Notes: generated by a model from the letters alone, not told the origin. A stretch of 28,104 nucleotides of DNA from a virus (IMGVR_UViG_3300033067_000428:1-28104), one strand, 5' to 3'; counted from the first letter of the stretch, positions 1-9,127 are shown. Numbers and translations: made by a program.

Positions 1-1979
1 GTCTGACTCGGCGCGCTGAAGCTCACGCTGGCATCGACAGCGATGGTCGTCGTGCTCACCGTGTACCCGGATGCGTCAGTCGGGTCGGCAGGGATGCTGA
101 TCTTCACGACGCGGAACGCCCCCGCCGCCGTGTCATAGGCGACGTGCAGCAGGCGGTGGTTGTTCTTGTCGTACATCAGCGTGCCGCCTGCGCGCATCGA
201 CTGGGTGTTCGTGATGGCGAGCCCCGTCGCCGTCACGTTGTCCAGGTCCATCAGCACCAGTTTGGTCGAGTCTGCATCGCTGACCGAATACAGCAGGTCG
301 CGCGAGTAGCCTTCGGTGAAAGCCGCCATCGAATAAGCGCTCGGGTACGCTGCGCCGCCGTCAGTACCAAGCAAACGCCGCCACGTTGCGTCGTAAGTTG
401 CCGACGCTATGCCGCCCGACAAATCTATGGCGCGGAACCCGTACTCCTGGCCCGCCTTGATGAACAGCACATAGGCGCGCTGCGTCCGCGAAGACACGAC
501 GATGGTCGGTGAAATGAACTCACCATAGGGCGCCACGTGCGGCATGTACCCTGGAACGCGAACCCACGCGCCGGTCGTGATGTTCTTGGCGCACGTCACG
601 TCGAGCCTGGTCTGCGAGCCAGAATCTATCGCCTCGGCATCGCACAGATCGGCGGTCGCCAGCCCCGTAGGCTTCCAGCTTTGCGAAAATGGCCCCTGCG
701 GGCCGTGGTTCGTTGCGATGAACCCGCCAGAACCCCACCCGGTCAGCGATGGCGGCACATAGGCCACGCAGTTGTAGCGATACCCGTGAATGGCGTTGGG
801 TGCGAGTTCGCCGGTAGTGATCTTGCTGGGGTAAATCCAGCCGCTGAAGGCGAACGGAAATGCGCGATCCCAGCGACCCGGGTCTTCCCCGTTGAATGTG
901 AAAGTGTCTCCGCTTACTGGTGTGGCCGGAAGCGCAGACGACAAGGTGATAAGCGGAAGCGAGCCGGACGAGTTTTCAGAGACTGTGCGAGACACGCCAC
1001 GAAGTGCAGCCGTCGTCGTAGAGTCAGAGAATGTGAGCGTCCTGCTCTTCAGAACGTCAACGCCAGGGGCGAATGGGTAGTACGTCGATGACGCATAACC
1101 GGACAGTGCGCTTGGTGTGAACTGCGTGGTGCTCGGGGTTGTCGCGCTGCCGACTGTGCCGGAAATTCCAGTCGGCGGAATGACCCGCGTTATGGCGTAC
1201 CCTGCGGCAGTCGTCGGGTCCCAATAGGGAACGCCGTCGCCCGTGTTGCTTGTCTCGTAGAGCGCATCCTGAAACCAGTCCCAGGTCGGCGCGTCCTCGC
1301 TGATCCTGCACCGAACAAGTTGATTTTGAAGCCGCGTGTGCCCGCCCGCGCCAAATACAATCGACCCGTTTGCCCCGGCATCGTCATAGAGAATGGTCCC
1401 TGACGAGTAGTTCGAAAGCAGATCGTCGGCGTAATTCTCGTTCGTGGCGTAGTTTGCCGCCAGTGCGGCGCTGCTGCCCCGGCCAGGCCACTGCAAGGCG
1501 GAATCTGCCGTTGATGGCAGGCCCGCGCTGACGTAGTAGAGCGTGTCCTCTACGGTCATCGCCGTGCGCCAGGCGGGCGTGCTGGTTTCCGGCAGCGTGC
1601 TGGTGGCCTGCACCCGCAGCGTGGTGCCGATGTCCAGCCGCACCCGACCGCCCGGGTCGCTGATGGCCCCGACCAGCGACACGTCGCAGCGCAGGATGTC
1701 GGCGCCCGCAGGCACGGCCAGGATGCAGTAGGCCGCCGTGCCGTCCTGAACGTGCGACTCGGCCACCCACGCGCCCAGGCGCAGGCTGTAGGGCGTCGTC
1801 GTGGTGTCCACGATGGGCGTGGCGTGCGTCACCGTCGCCAGGTGCGCGCCGGCCGCGCTGTAGTAGCGCACCGACATCTGCCCCGCCCACGACGCGATCA
1901 GGCCGTTGATCTGGCCTGTCTGCGAGGTGCCGGCCGCCCAGGTGGCGCGGGCGGTGGAATCGAGAATGAAAAAGCCCAC
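1..1979 (-). CDS. Large virion/tail or receptor-binding protein, 3'-truncated by window edge (>=659 aa)
   Basis: Manual translation from GTG at 1979 (MGFFILDSTARATWAAGTSQ...) is open to position 1. It is absent from the ORF track because there is no stop in the window. Ser/Thr/Gly/Trp-rich, with FGAGGH and HGYRYNCVAYVPP segments suggestive of a beta-propeller; lies downstream of the head/adaptor genes. Confidence 0.75.
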   Translation of the reverse strand, partial: MGFFILDSTARATWAAGTSQTGQINGLIASWAGQMSVRYYSAAGAHLATVTHATPIVDTTTTPYSLRLGAWVAESHVQDGTAAYCILAVPAGADILRCDVSLVGAISDPGGRVRLDIGTTLRVQATSTLPETSTPAWRTAMTVEDTLYYVSAGLPSTADSALQWPGRGSSAALAANYATNENYADDLLSNYSSGTILYDDAGANGSIVFGAGGHTRLQNQLVRCRISEDAPTWDWFQDALYETSNTGDGVPYWDPTTAAGYAITRVIPPTGISGTVGSATTPSTTQFTPSALSGYASSTYYPFAPGVDVLKSRTLTFSDSTTTAALRGVSRTVSENSSGSLPLITLSSALPATPVSGDTFTFNGEDPGRWDRAFPFAFSGWIYPSKITTGELAPNAIHGYRYNCVAYVPPSLTGWGSGGFIATNHGPQGPFSQSWKPTGLATADLCDAEAIDSGSQTRLDVTCAKNITTGAWVRVPGYMPHVAPYGEFISPTIVVSSRTQRAYVLFIKAGQEYGFRAIDLSGGIASATYDATWRRLLGTDGGAAYPSAYSMAAFTEGYSRDLLYSVSDADSTKLVLMDLDNVTATGLAITNTQSMRAGGTLMYDKNNHRLLHVAYDTAAGAFRVVKISIPADPTDASGYTVSTTTIAVDASVSFSAPSQ

Positions 1980-1987
1980 GAAATGCC

Positions 1988-2443
1988 TTATGCGATGCGC
2001 AGCAAGCCGGTAGTAGCGTCGTTTGTCGGCATCGTCAGAGTGAGCGTGCCTGCAGTAACCGTCTGCGCAGAGAATGTGTACACCGCAACCGCTTTGTCCG
2101 TAGCGCTCGTGTCGTTATAGATCAGCACTGCATCAGTCGGACCAATAGTGACCGTCGTATATGCCAGCGAAGCCGAAGGTGTCCAGTACGCGGTAGTACC
2201 TGACGAAGTAGGTGCGGTTGCGTTAGTTACTGCGATGCCGCCAGCCGTGTATCCGGTGCCAGTGACTTCGCCAGTTGACGAGTACGTAGTCGTACTCGCA
2301 TTCACCGTAGCCGAAGACAAATACAGCGCGGCTTTGAAAGAATCTGCAGTAGTGCCTGCACGGATTACCGATGTCCCGAAGGCATGAAGTCCATTCAGAA
2401 GATCGACCTTGAAGCTCGTGCAGACTGCCTGTGTATTTGCCAT
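1988..2443 (-). CDS. Conserved phage virion structural protein (151 aa)
   Basis: Thr/Ala/Ser-rich MANTQAVCTSFKVDLL...FKAALY...GTGYTAGG, a type I recognise from phage structural operons; tightly packed in the late operon. Confidence 0.7.
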   Translation of the reverse strand: MANTQAVCTSFKVDLLNGLHAFGTSVIRAGTTADSFKAALYLSSATVNASTTTYSSTGEVTGTGYTAGGIAVTNATAPTSSGTTAYWTPSASLAYTTVTIGPTDAVLIYNDTSATDKAVAVYTFSAQTVTAGTLTLTMPTNDATTGLLRIA

Positions 2444-2449
2444 GATGTG

Positions 2450-2650
2450 TTACCCAAAGATAGCTTGTTGAAGACCCGCATCCATGCCTTTTTTCAGGTA
2501 GCAATGCGAATTGCGTTTAACAACTTCACCGTCAAGCAAGTACTCTTCGGTAAAAGTGATGTCGTTCTCAGTGTTCAACCACTGATGGCGATATTGAAGC
2601 GAAGCAACTGGGATGTTGCCCTTTGTGGTGTAGATGAGGGGTTCGTCCAT
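2450..2650 (-). CDS. Hypothetical phage protein (66 aa)
   Basis: Fills the gap between two late genes with 1-6 nt spacing; same strand. Confidence 0.7.
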   Translation of the reverse strand: MDEPLIYTTKGNIPVASLQYRHQWLNTENDITFTEEYLLDGEVVKRNSHCYLKKGMDAGLQQAIFG

Positions 2651-2651
2651 T

Positions 2652-3260
2652 TTAGTTTCTGTAGTTGCCTGACTTCAGCTTGCCTTCAGAATACTCTTTC
2701 AGCAGCTTCAAGTTCACAGCATACTGTTCTGAGTACGCCTTCAGAATGTCTTCTTCCGACTTCATGAAAACAGCAGCTTCAACAAGTGAACCATAAAAAA
2801 GTACGTTGTCGAAATTATTTCCTACCCAGCTAGTTGTCGCAGTGACGATGCTCTCTGGGTAGTAGAAGTAATGAAGCTCAATCGTCGTGTTGTCTGCTGG
2901 AGTTGGTGCGATCAACAAGGAGTCCGAGTCAAACTGCGCATAGAAGCGCGGAGTTCCTGTCGTGCTGGGGTTCGGAAACATCTCCCGAAGGAAGCTGACA
3001 TCCTTCAGCAACAGGTAGCTGTACTCTCCGCTCGTCACCGCAGCCAACTCCCAAGGTGCTAGGTAGTCGGTCGGCAGCGTAACGTAGGGGATGCTTGGCG
3101 GAATGGCACTCGTTGCATTCTTGCGCAGCGCCGGAATCTTTACTGCTTGGTAAATACGCTTCTCTGCATTCTTTACCATCATTGGGATGTTCGCCACAAA
3201 CGTATCGTCTGTGTTCTCTGTCTCCGCAATGATGGCGTCGTAGAGTTCGGTATAGTTCAC
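2652..3260 (-). CDS. Putative head-tail adaptor/connector protein (202 aa)
   Basis: MNYTELYDAI...AEKRIY...LPTDYL...GTPRFY...PTP...YFYYP pattern typical of podovirus adaptor proteins; position after the capsid genes. Confidence 0.6.
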   Translation of the reverse strand: MNYTELYDAIIAETENTDDTFVANIPMMVKNAEKRIYQAVKIPALRKNATSAIPPSIPYVTLPTDYLAPWELAAVTSGEYSYLLLKDVSFLREMFPNPSTTGTPRFYAQFDSDSLLIAPTPADNTTIELHYFYYPESIVTATTSWVGNNFDNVLFYGSLVEAAVFMKSEEDILKAYSEQYAVNLKLLKEYSEGKLKSGNYRN

Positions 3261-3517
3261 ACAGACTCCAGCACGACACTAAGCAAAGGAAGACTGACTG
3301 ACGCCGCAATATCGAGTGGATCAATCTTATAGTCTAGCCAATATTGGCGAACCACTTCCCACGCGATTGCAACAGCCAAGGTAATACCAAACGCTACGTA
3401 TTTTGCTTCTAGCGTATTTAGCGTTTCCAAAACACGCACTAAAAGCATAAAGAATGCCTGCCCGTAGACAGCGTGATTGGCCTTATCTTCAGGAATCAAG
3501 ATGCGATCAACATTCAT
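3257..3517 (-). CDS. Small membrane protein, VanZ-like motif (86 aa)
   Basis: DKANH motif, hydrophobic segments, WE..RQ and D..DIAA motifs; ATGA overlaps with both neighbours; locally AT-richer. Confidence 0.55.
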   Translation of the reverse strand: MNVDRILIPEDKANHAVYGQAFFMLLVRVLETLNTLEAKYVAFGITLAVAIAWEVVRQYWLDYKIDPLDIAASVSLPLLSVVLESV

Positions 3518-3750
3518 CGTGAGTCTGCCAGTGAAGTATCTGGACGTGGGTCGCGCAAGGCTTGCGGGTCGTCAAACTTTACTTTGCCAATACGATACTG
3601 CGGGTGGTCGGGTTCCCAGCATTCAGGACACGTTTTGATATTTGTACGCTTCTCATTGATCGTGACTTTCTTCATCAACGACAGCTTAACGCGAAATCCG
3701 CATCGGTCACAAAAACCGAATGCGTTCTTGCCAGAAGCAAACGTACTCAT
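3514..3750 (-). CDS. Small CxxC...CxxC putative Zn-binding phage protein (78 aa)
   Basis: CDRC and CPEC motifs followed by WEPDHPQ; translationally coupled (ATGA). Confidence 0.75.
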   Translation of the reverse strand: MSTFASGKNAFGFCDRCGFRVKLSLMKKVTINEKRTNIKTCPECWEPDHPQYRIGKVKFDDPQALRDPRPDTSLADSR

Positions 3751-4427
3751 ATCGACGCCCTCGGAGGCACAATACGAAACGGTACCCGCTCTCTGTCTTC
3801 AGCAGCAGCGTTTCTCCAGAGCTTTTCATATTCCGCTTCCAGCATTGGCAGACGGTCCATCAACTCAGGACGCTTCATTGCCAACTTATATGCCAAGCCT
3901 GCCGTAAGGCATGGAAGGAACCGCTGCGGAATATCATATGTCAACGCACCAGAACCGCCCGTATCCTGAATCCTGCGCATGCGCCAATAGACGAGCGTGT
4001 AGTCATCGGTGCTGGGCACGGGCCACACTGTCAGTTCTGGTGCAATCTGACGATCTACCCAGACTTGTACTGGACGACCTGTAGTGGTTTTTACTGGGAT
4101 TGTAGCATACGTAGACATGCCGATACGTGAAATTGCAATATCTGTCTGCGTTGACCCGACAGTCTGTCGCAGCACCATCTGAATAACATCAATAGTATCT
4201 ACCGGTAGCGAATACGTAGCGACTCCAGTAAAGAGAGGAATGACCCCTTCCTCTACCGTCCAAAGATTATACCCACGATTTGCCCAATCCAACGCGAGCA
4301 AGTTGAGGCTACGCCGCGCAGTCCGAATATCGTATCCGGTACGCGCTTCAGCGCCTGCGATTTCCCAGGCTTCTTCGATGATATCTGCTATGTCTAATTC
4401 AAACGTAGCAGTTCCAGAAGTTGTCAC
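3747..4427 (-). CDS. Putative head completion/adaptor (DNA stabilisation) protein
   Basis: TSGTATFELDIADIIEEA...TGYDIRTARRSLNLL..DWANRG pattern; GAGG Shine-Dalgarno before GTG at 4427. Confidence 0.6.
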   Translation of the reverse strand: MTTSGTATFELDIADIIEEAWEIAGAEARTGYDIRTARRSLNLLALDWANRGYNLWTVEEGVIPLFTGVATYSLPVDTIDVIQMVLRQTVGSTQTDIAISRIGMSTYATIPVKTTTGRPVQVWVDRQIAPELTVWPVPSTDDYTLVYWRMRRIQDTGGSGALTYDIPQRFLPCLTAGLAYKLAMKRPELMDRLPMLEAEYEKLWRNAAAEDRERVPFRIVPPRASI

Positions 4428-4434
4428 CAATACC

Positions 4435-4734
4435 TCACGTCATTTTGCAGTTCTTGGTGCGAGTAGCGCAGCCTTGTCCCCGGACCTTGCCGCCTGCGGC
4501 CATTTTACGCTTAACTTTACCCCCACATGCAAGCCCAGATTCCTTTTCCTCTCGGGCGCGATTGACTGCCTTGGGGTTAAGAAAATTTACGCCTTTTTTA
4601 GGAGTCTCTGCAGGGGCGTCATCAGGCTTCCGGGGGAGGAAGTTGGGGCCTTGCTGCTTCGGCCCGCCAGGGAGCGGGAAGCGCTTGCCGATGAGGGCTT
4701 TGCGCTTGGCTAGGTAGTCGGATTCTTCACTCAT
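4435..4734 (-). CDS. Small basic protein with C-terminal AAGGxVRGxGCAT motif (99 aa)
   Basis: ATG at 4734 overlaps the upstream stop (TGATG); shares its C-terminal motif with the upstream gene. Confidence 0.7.
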   Translation of the reverse strand: MSEESDYLAKRKALIGKRFPLPGGPKQQGPNFLPRKPDDAPAETPKKGVNFLNPKAVNRAREEKESGLACGGKVKRKMAAGGKVRGQGCATRTKNCKMT

Positions 4735-4961
4735 CAATACACCCCCGAGAACTTCTTGCCCTTGGTGGCGCATCCAGTACCGCGAACAGAGCCGCCAGCA
4801 GCGAAGCGCTTCTTCATCTTGGCAGAATCTTCCTTCTTCTCACCCATCGCATACTCGCGCGGAGTGATCTTACCTGCCTTGATAGCTTTAGCTTCCTTCA
4901 GTTCTTCACCGTAAGATTCTTTGCCTTTGAACAGAGACATCGGCTTCTTCATCTTTGCCAT
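4734..4961 (-). CDS. Small Lys-rich protein with AAGGxVRGxGCAT motif (75 aa)
   Basis: AGGA SD; Lys-rich; motif shared with 4435-4734. Confidence 0.75.
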   Translation of the reverse strand: MAKMKKPMSLFKGKESYGEELKEAKAIKAGKITPREYAMGEKKEDSAKMKKRFAAGGSVRGTGCATKGKKFSGVY

Positions 4962-4970
4962 GATATTTCC

Positions 4971-5207
4971 TTAGCAGTTCCACGCTTTGAGCGACAATGC
5001 CTTACGAGTCGGTCTACCCTTCTCATCTTTCATTGGGCCAGGATTCCCATTCATGCGTGCACAAAATGACTTCTTTCTACCTGCGTCAGCTTTTGATTTC
5101 GGATTCGGTGCAGGCGGTTTCAGGTTGGCGCCTTCAGTCTTCTTGAAGTGCGCCCTCCCGGCAGCGTTAAGACCTCCTTTTGGGTCTTGATACGCTTTCT
5201 TAGCCAT
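4971..5207 (-). CDS. Small basic phage protein, DUF6321-like (78 aa)
   Basis: GGLNAAGRA...RKKSFCARM.G...KAWNC motif recalled from this family; family name unverified. Confidence 0.65.
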   Translation of the reverse strand: MAKKAYQDPKGGLNAAGRAHFKKTEGANLKPPAPNPKSKADAGRKKSFCARMNGNPGPMKDEKGRPTRKALSLKAWNC

Positions 5208-5460
5208 AAAACACCGTAATTGCCGTCAGCCCCGAGATAGTTACATGCACGTCCGTCAAATGACGGATACCGTTACCCGGCACATATGCAGTAGCTGTAC
5301 CTGTATTGTTCAGCGTCATCAATGTGGTGCCGCCAGAACCGCCATCTTTGAAAATAGCGGTGCCCGTACCAGTAAGAAAAGCGCCGCGTACCCGAGTCGG
5401 ACCCGAGTACGCAGTGCCAGTCGAAGTCAGGTACGCTGATTTGACATCAGTGTCCATCAT
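5200..5460 (-). CDS. Small virion-associated protein (86 aa)
   Basis: Gly/Thr-rich beta-type sequence; overlaps the next gene; late operon. Confidence 0.7.
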   Translation of the reverse strand: MMDTDVKSAYLTSTGTAYSGPTRVRGAFLTGTGTAIFKDGGSGGTTLMTLNNTGTATAYVPGNGIRHLTDVHVTISGLTAITVFYG

Positions 5461-5467
5461 TCAGTCC

Positions 5468-5965
5468 TTACGTTCCGCTATCGCCAGGATAGGTGCCATC
5501 TGCAGCACGCTGCATGTAGTACACAGTGACAACGACAGAGCCAGCAGTCGGGTTGCCCGTAGATGCGGTGAACGTGCCCGTAACGGTAACATCAGAAGTA
5601 CCGATGTTGTTACATGCAGCAGGAACGAACTGAGCATCCATCAGCGCTTGCGTCTGACGAGTAGCCGCAGTCGGAACCGCAACCGAAGTAGTGAACGCGT
5701 TTGCGGTGCCTGATTTACCTAGCGTAGCAGCAACAGCCGAAACAGAACCGCCAGTAATAGCAGTAACCGTCTCGATGCTAAAGTTAGTGATCTTTGCGCC
5801 GGCAGGCAAAGTAAATAGGCTCACTGCACTAGGCGAAGTCGTGATGCTGCCAAATGGCACCGTGGCCGTTTGCGCAAGAATCGGAGTACCTGTATTCTTC
5901 GCAGTAACCAAACCATCACGTTGCGTGCCTACGCGCAACGGACCAGAAAAAGTAGTTCTTCCCAT
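5468..5965 (-). CDS. Putative head decoration/spike protein (165 aa)
   Basis: MGRTTFSGPLRVG start, LPAGAKI motif, Thr/Ala-rich; directly after the major capsid gene; GAGG SD. Confidence 0.6.
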   Translation of the reverse strand: MGRTTFSGPLRVGTQRDGLVTAKNTGTPILAQTATVPFGSITTSPSAVSLFTLPAGAKITNFSIETVTAITGGSVSAVAATLGKSGTANAFTTSVAVPTAATRQTQALMDAQFVPAACNNIGTSDVTVTGTFTASTGNPTAGSVVVTVYYMQRAADGTYPGDSGT

Positions 5966-6008
5966 GATTTACCTCTGTCTATTTAAGTCTGCTTTCGCAG
6001 TCAGATGG

Positions 6009-6034
6009 AAAAAGGGGAGACACGATGCCTCCCC
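6009..6034 (-). terminator. Intrinsic terminator after major capsid gene
   Basis: Minus strand GGGGAGGC-ATCGT-GTCTCCCC followed by TTTTT. Confidence 0.7.
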
Positions 6035-6081
6035 AAGGTATAAGGTTCGGCTTAGTACCTCACCCACTATCTTCGGCGCAG

Positions 6082-6115
6082 CCCCTGCTAAGTGATTGAT
6101 TTAGCAGGGGTTTTT
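6082..6115 (+). terminator. Plus-oriented hairpin/terminator overlapping an IHF-consensus site
   Basis: CCCCTGCTAA/TTAGCAGGGG perfect 10-bp stem plus TTTTT on +; TAAGTGATTGATT (6089-6101) matches YAANNNNTTGATW. Confidence 0.5.
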
Positions 6116-6117
6116 CA

Positions 6118-7020
6118 TCAGGCACCCGCAGAACCCCACATGCCCAAATGGTCAGAATATCCGAAGCTGTAGCGCTCACGGGCCTTGTAGCGGGCGTTGC
6201 CCGTGTCGAAGTCGCTGTCCATGCCGGTCTTCATCGGGACACGCACAAAGTGCTTCATGCCGTTCGGCACATCAGTCTTGATGAAGTAGGCGTTGGTATC
6301 CGTCAGATAGTTGTTGACAACATAGCCCTGCGGGAAAATGCCGTTCGACTTGATCGCGTTCAGGTCGTTGTCAGCAGTACCAACACGTTGCTCAGTTTCC
6401 AGCAGGCGCGTAGCAACGAATTGCAGTTGCGGTGGGATGATGAGCTTGCGCGGCTTGGCAACGATCAGCAGGCCGCGCTCGTCGGTCCACTGATTGATCT
6501 GGATAACCGCAGCTTCCAGAGTGGTTTCACTCAGGTCGGCAGCAGTGCCCAGGTTGCTGTTGACGCCGCCGCTCACCAGCGGGTGCGAAGCGCTGAAGAG
6601 AGGAACGCCGTCGCCACCGTTCGTAGCGAAGCCGGTATTCAGCACAGCAGCAGCTTTAGTCTGCTTGGTGTATGCCATCGCACGGGCAAGCGCCTTGGTG
6701 TAGCGTGCCGACAAGCTGTCGTACAGGTTGTCTTCGACAGCCTCTTCCGTCAGCGAGAAGCCCATCGCAATCGTCTCGTGGGTGTAACGAGAGATGTACG
6801 ATTCTTGCGCCGAGTCATAGACCAGCGCGGCGCCTTCGTTCTTGACAGGAGCGTTGCCGAAGCCCGACAGCTTCACTTCTTCTTCAAAGCTACGATCCGA
6901 GTTCTCGGTTTCGTAAATTTGCGTGTGTTGGTTTTCGTACTGCTTATACGAAAGACCAAACAGCGCATTCAACCCAGGAAGCAGTTCCTTGAGTAGTTGT
7001 GCACGGGTAATAGCAGCCAT
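6118..7020 (-). CDS. Major capsid protein (300 aa; Mu gpT-like, HK97 fold inferred)
   Basis: MAAITRAQLLKELLPGLNALFG...RYKARERYSFG pattern; strong codon bias, GAGG SD, downstream terminator, position after scaffold. Confidence 0.85.
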   Translation of the reverse strand: MAAITRAQLLKELLPGLNALFGLSYKQYENQHTQIYETENSDRSFEEEVKLSGFGNAPVKNEGAALVYDSAQESYISRYTHETIAMGFSLTEEAVEDNLYDSLSARYTKALARAMAYTKQTKAAAVLNTGFATNGGDGVPLFSASHPLVSGGVNSNLGTAADLSETTLEAAVIQINQWTDERGLLIVAKPRKLIIPPQLQFVATRLLETEQRVGTADNDLNAIKSNGIFPQGYVVNNYLTDTNAYFIKTDVPNGMKHFVRVPMKTGMDSDFDTGNARYKARERYSFGYSDHLGMWGSAGA

Positions 7021-7062
7021 GTTTAGTTACCTCTATTTCTGAAGTTGTTGATTAGGCTACCG

Positions 7063-7650
7063 TTAGGTACCCGTGGTGGCATCAGTGAAGTGCATGCCCG
7101 ATTGGTACGTGACCAGAACAGCCGTGAAGTTGCCAGAAGCGTCAGCCGATGCACGGTCAACATCAATAACCTTCAGCGGCAGCGTGTTGGTAGTAGCAGC
7201 GCCCGTCACGGCAACGTCGGAAGTACCCGTCGAAGTCGTATTCTGAACAGCAGCCACATTCTTGCCGATAACCGCAGCAGCAGTTTGACCCGCCACAACA
7301 GTCGTGCCAGAAACGTACGCGACACGGAAGACCAGCTTCGGATCGGCAGCAATAATCGCCATTGCGTCAGCAGCGACAGTGCCAGCCGTCCAGTTAGTAC
7401 GGAACGTCTTGCCGAGAGTTGCATCGGTGTACGAGCAACCCTGGAACACGCCGACAACGCCACCCGTGGGGATGGTCGTGGTACCCGTCCACTTGGCGAC
7501 TACGCCAGAGGCGATAGCAACCACGTCACCCGGACGCAGGGCAGTAGCGTACCCCGAAGTGATGGGGTATTCCTGAACAGTGCCTGCGTACGGAATGCCG
7601 CCGACTAGCTGAACAGGTTGAAGGCCGAAAGGCTTAGTGTATGCAGGCAT
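7063..7650 (-). CDS. Putative minor capsid/cement protein (195 aa)
   Basis: PFGLQPV...GDVV...VGVFQGCSYTD pattern; lies immediately before the capsid gene. Confidence 0.6.
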   Translation of the reverse strand: MPAYTKPFGLQPVQLVGGIPYAGTVQEYPITSGYATALRPGDVVAIASGVVAKWTGTTTIPTGGVVGVFQGCSYTDATLGKTFRTNWTAGTVAADAMAIIAADPKLVFRVAYVSGTTVVAGQTAAAVIGKNVAAVQNTTSTGTSDVAVTGAATTNTLPLKVIDVDRASADASGNFTAVLVTYQSGMHFTDATTGT

Positions 7651-7670
7651 GTTTTACCTCTTAGGTGTAG

Positions 7671-8162
7671 TTAATCGCCCTTGCCGAAGGGAGTAACCTT
7701 TGTCTCACGGTTGTTAAACAAAGGCATGCGGGGATCATTCTCTCGCATCAGGTTGTTATCGACTGCTTCCATCTGACGGTTGCTGAAGTCGTTAAAGTAC
7801 TTGTTGCGAGCCTCAATTACTTCTGTGGGAATCTTGCACAGAACAAGTGCCCCAATCTCAATATTGCCAGCGCTACGTGCGCTCGGGTCCACACTCGTTT
7901 CCATCTCAGGATGGTCAGCCAGCGGAACCGGAACCCACCCTTCACGCATCGCACGCCCAAAGTTGTTAACGTCTTGATAGGCGCCAATCGACTTGCGAAT
8001 GTACCGATAATGCATTCCAGGCGGGGCCTTCGGCATCGGAAGCGCTTCGGCAGGCTTCCACTGGTACTTACGGAACTCTTCTGGATTGCGCTCCTGCAGA
8101 CCCCGAACAGCGTTGTCCCGAACTTGTGTGTCACGTGCGGTACGAACTTGTTGGTCAGCCAT
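7671..8162 (-). CDS. Conserved head-module protein (163 aa)
   Basis: GGAG SD before ATG 8162; WKP...LP.P...G..YRYIR...REGWVPV...LVLCKIP pattern. Confidence 0.7.
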   Translation of the reverse strand: MADQQVRTARDTQVRDNAVRGLQERNPEEFRKYQWKPAEALPMPKAPPGMHYRYIRKSIGAYQDVNNFGRAMREGWVPVPLADHPEMETSVDPSARSAGNIEIGALVLCKIPTEVIEARNKYFNDFSNRQMEAVDNNLMRENDPRMPLFNNRETKVTPFGKGD

Positions 8163-9126
8163 TGCTATTCTCCAGTTTGATTTTTTCTGCTGCAAACTGT
8201 TCAGGCGTAAGACCGAACTTGCGAGCGAGGTTGAGTTCCGATGCGGTTAGGGTAACGCGCTTTTTGCCGCCTACAGAGCGAGATGCGGGGGCAACAGGGC
8301 TAGAACGGGTTTGCCGTTCCGGCTTGTCATCAGCTTCAAACTTCTCTGGGAAGCGAGCTTTAACAGCCTCATCGAGCTTGCGGTAGTAAACCTCGGGCTC
8401 GGTACGGGGGTCTACCCCCTTATCGACCAAATCTTCGTGTACCCCGAAGGCGAAGGCGGTCATCGCTTTGTCTTTTTGGAACCAAGCGCTGTTCCTTGCA
8501 ACCCAATCCTGAGCCCGTGGGTCGGGGGCAGGGCGAGTCGATGGTGGCGACTGTACCACCGTTTTTTCGGCTTGTGTAGCCGCACGCGAACTTTTTTGCG
8601 AAGCCAGCGTGTTGCGCTGCGACACGAGGTCGGCCAACTTCATCTGCGCCTCTACCGCCGCCTCGGTGTCGTAGGCATCCAGCGCGTCTTTGTACGCCTT
8701 GCGGGCAACCTGCAGATCAGCCTCGACACGTGCCATCTCAGCCGTCTCGGAAGTCTCGCTCAGCTTCGACGCGCGGTCTTCAAGCGCCTTGCGCTCTGCC
8801 AATGCTTGCTGAGCGAACCGGATGGCCTCGTCCCGCTCCTGCGCGGCCTTGGTAGCTGCTCGGGTAGCTTCCTCACGGTCGAAGGTCAGCTTGCCGATCC
8901 TCTTGCGCACCGATTCCGAATACTGCGCCAGTTCTTCCTCGGTCGGGTCTTCCTCGACTGCATGAGCCTTGGGCTTGGCCTTCGCAGGAGTCTCTTCGGG
9001 CAAATCTACTTCTTCTGCCTCGACAGCTTTCTCTGAGCGCTTCAGCAGCTTCTGTGCTGCTTCTACATCAATGTCGTCCAGATCGACAGTAGACTCAATC
9101 TCGTATTCCGTATTGAGCGTTCCCAT
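8155..9126 (-). CDS. Putative capsid scaffolding protein (323 aa)
   Basis: GGAGG SD before ATG 9126; acidic N-terminus, long Ala/Glu/Lys coiled coil; between portal and capsid. Confidence 0.7.
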   Translation of the reverse strand: MGTLNTEYEIESTVDLDDIDVEAAQKLLKRSEKAVEAEEVDLPEETPAKAKPKAHAVEEDPTEEELAQYSESVRKRIGKLTFDREEATRAATKAAQERDEAIRFAQQALAERKALEDRASKLSETSETAEMARVEADLQVARKAYKDALDAYDTEAAVEAQMKLADLVSQRNTLASQKSSRAATQAEKTVVQSPPSTRPAPDPRAQDWVARNSAWFQKDKAMTAFAFGVHEDLVDKGVDPRTEPEVYYRKLDEAVKARFPEKFEADDKPERQTRSSPVAPASRSVGGKKRVTLTASELNLARKFGLTPEQFAAEKIKLENSNG

Positions 9127-9127
9127 A

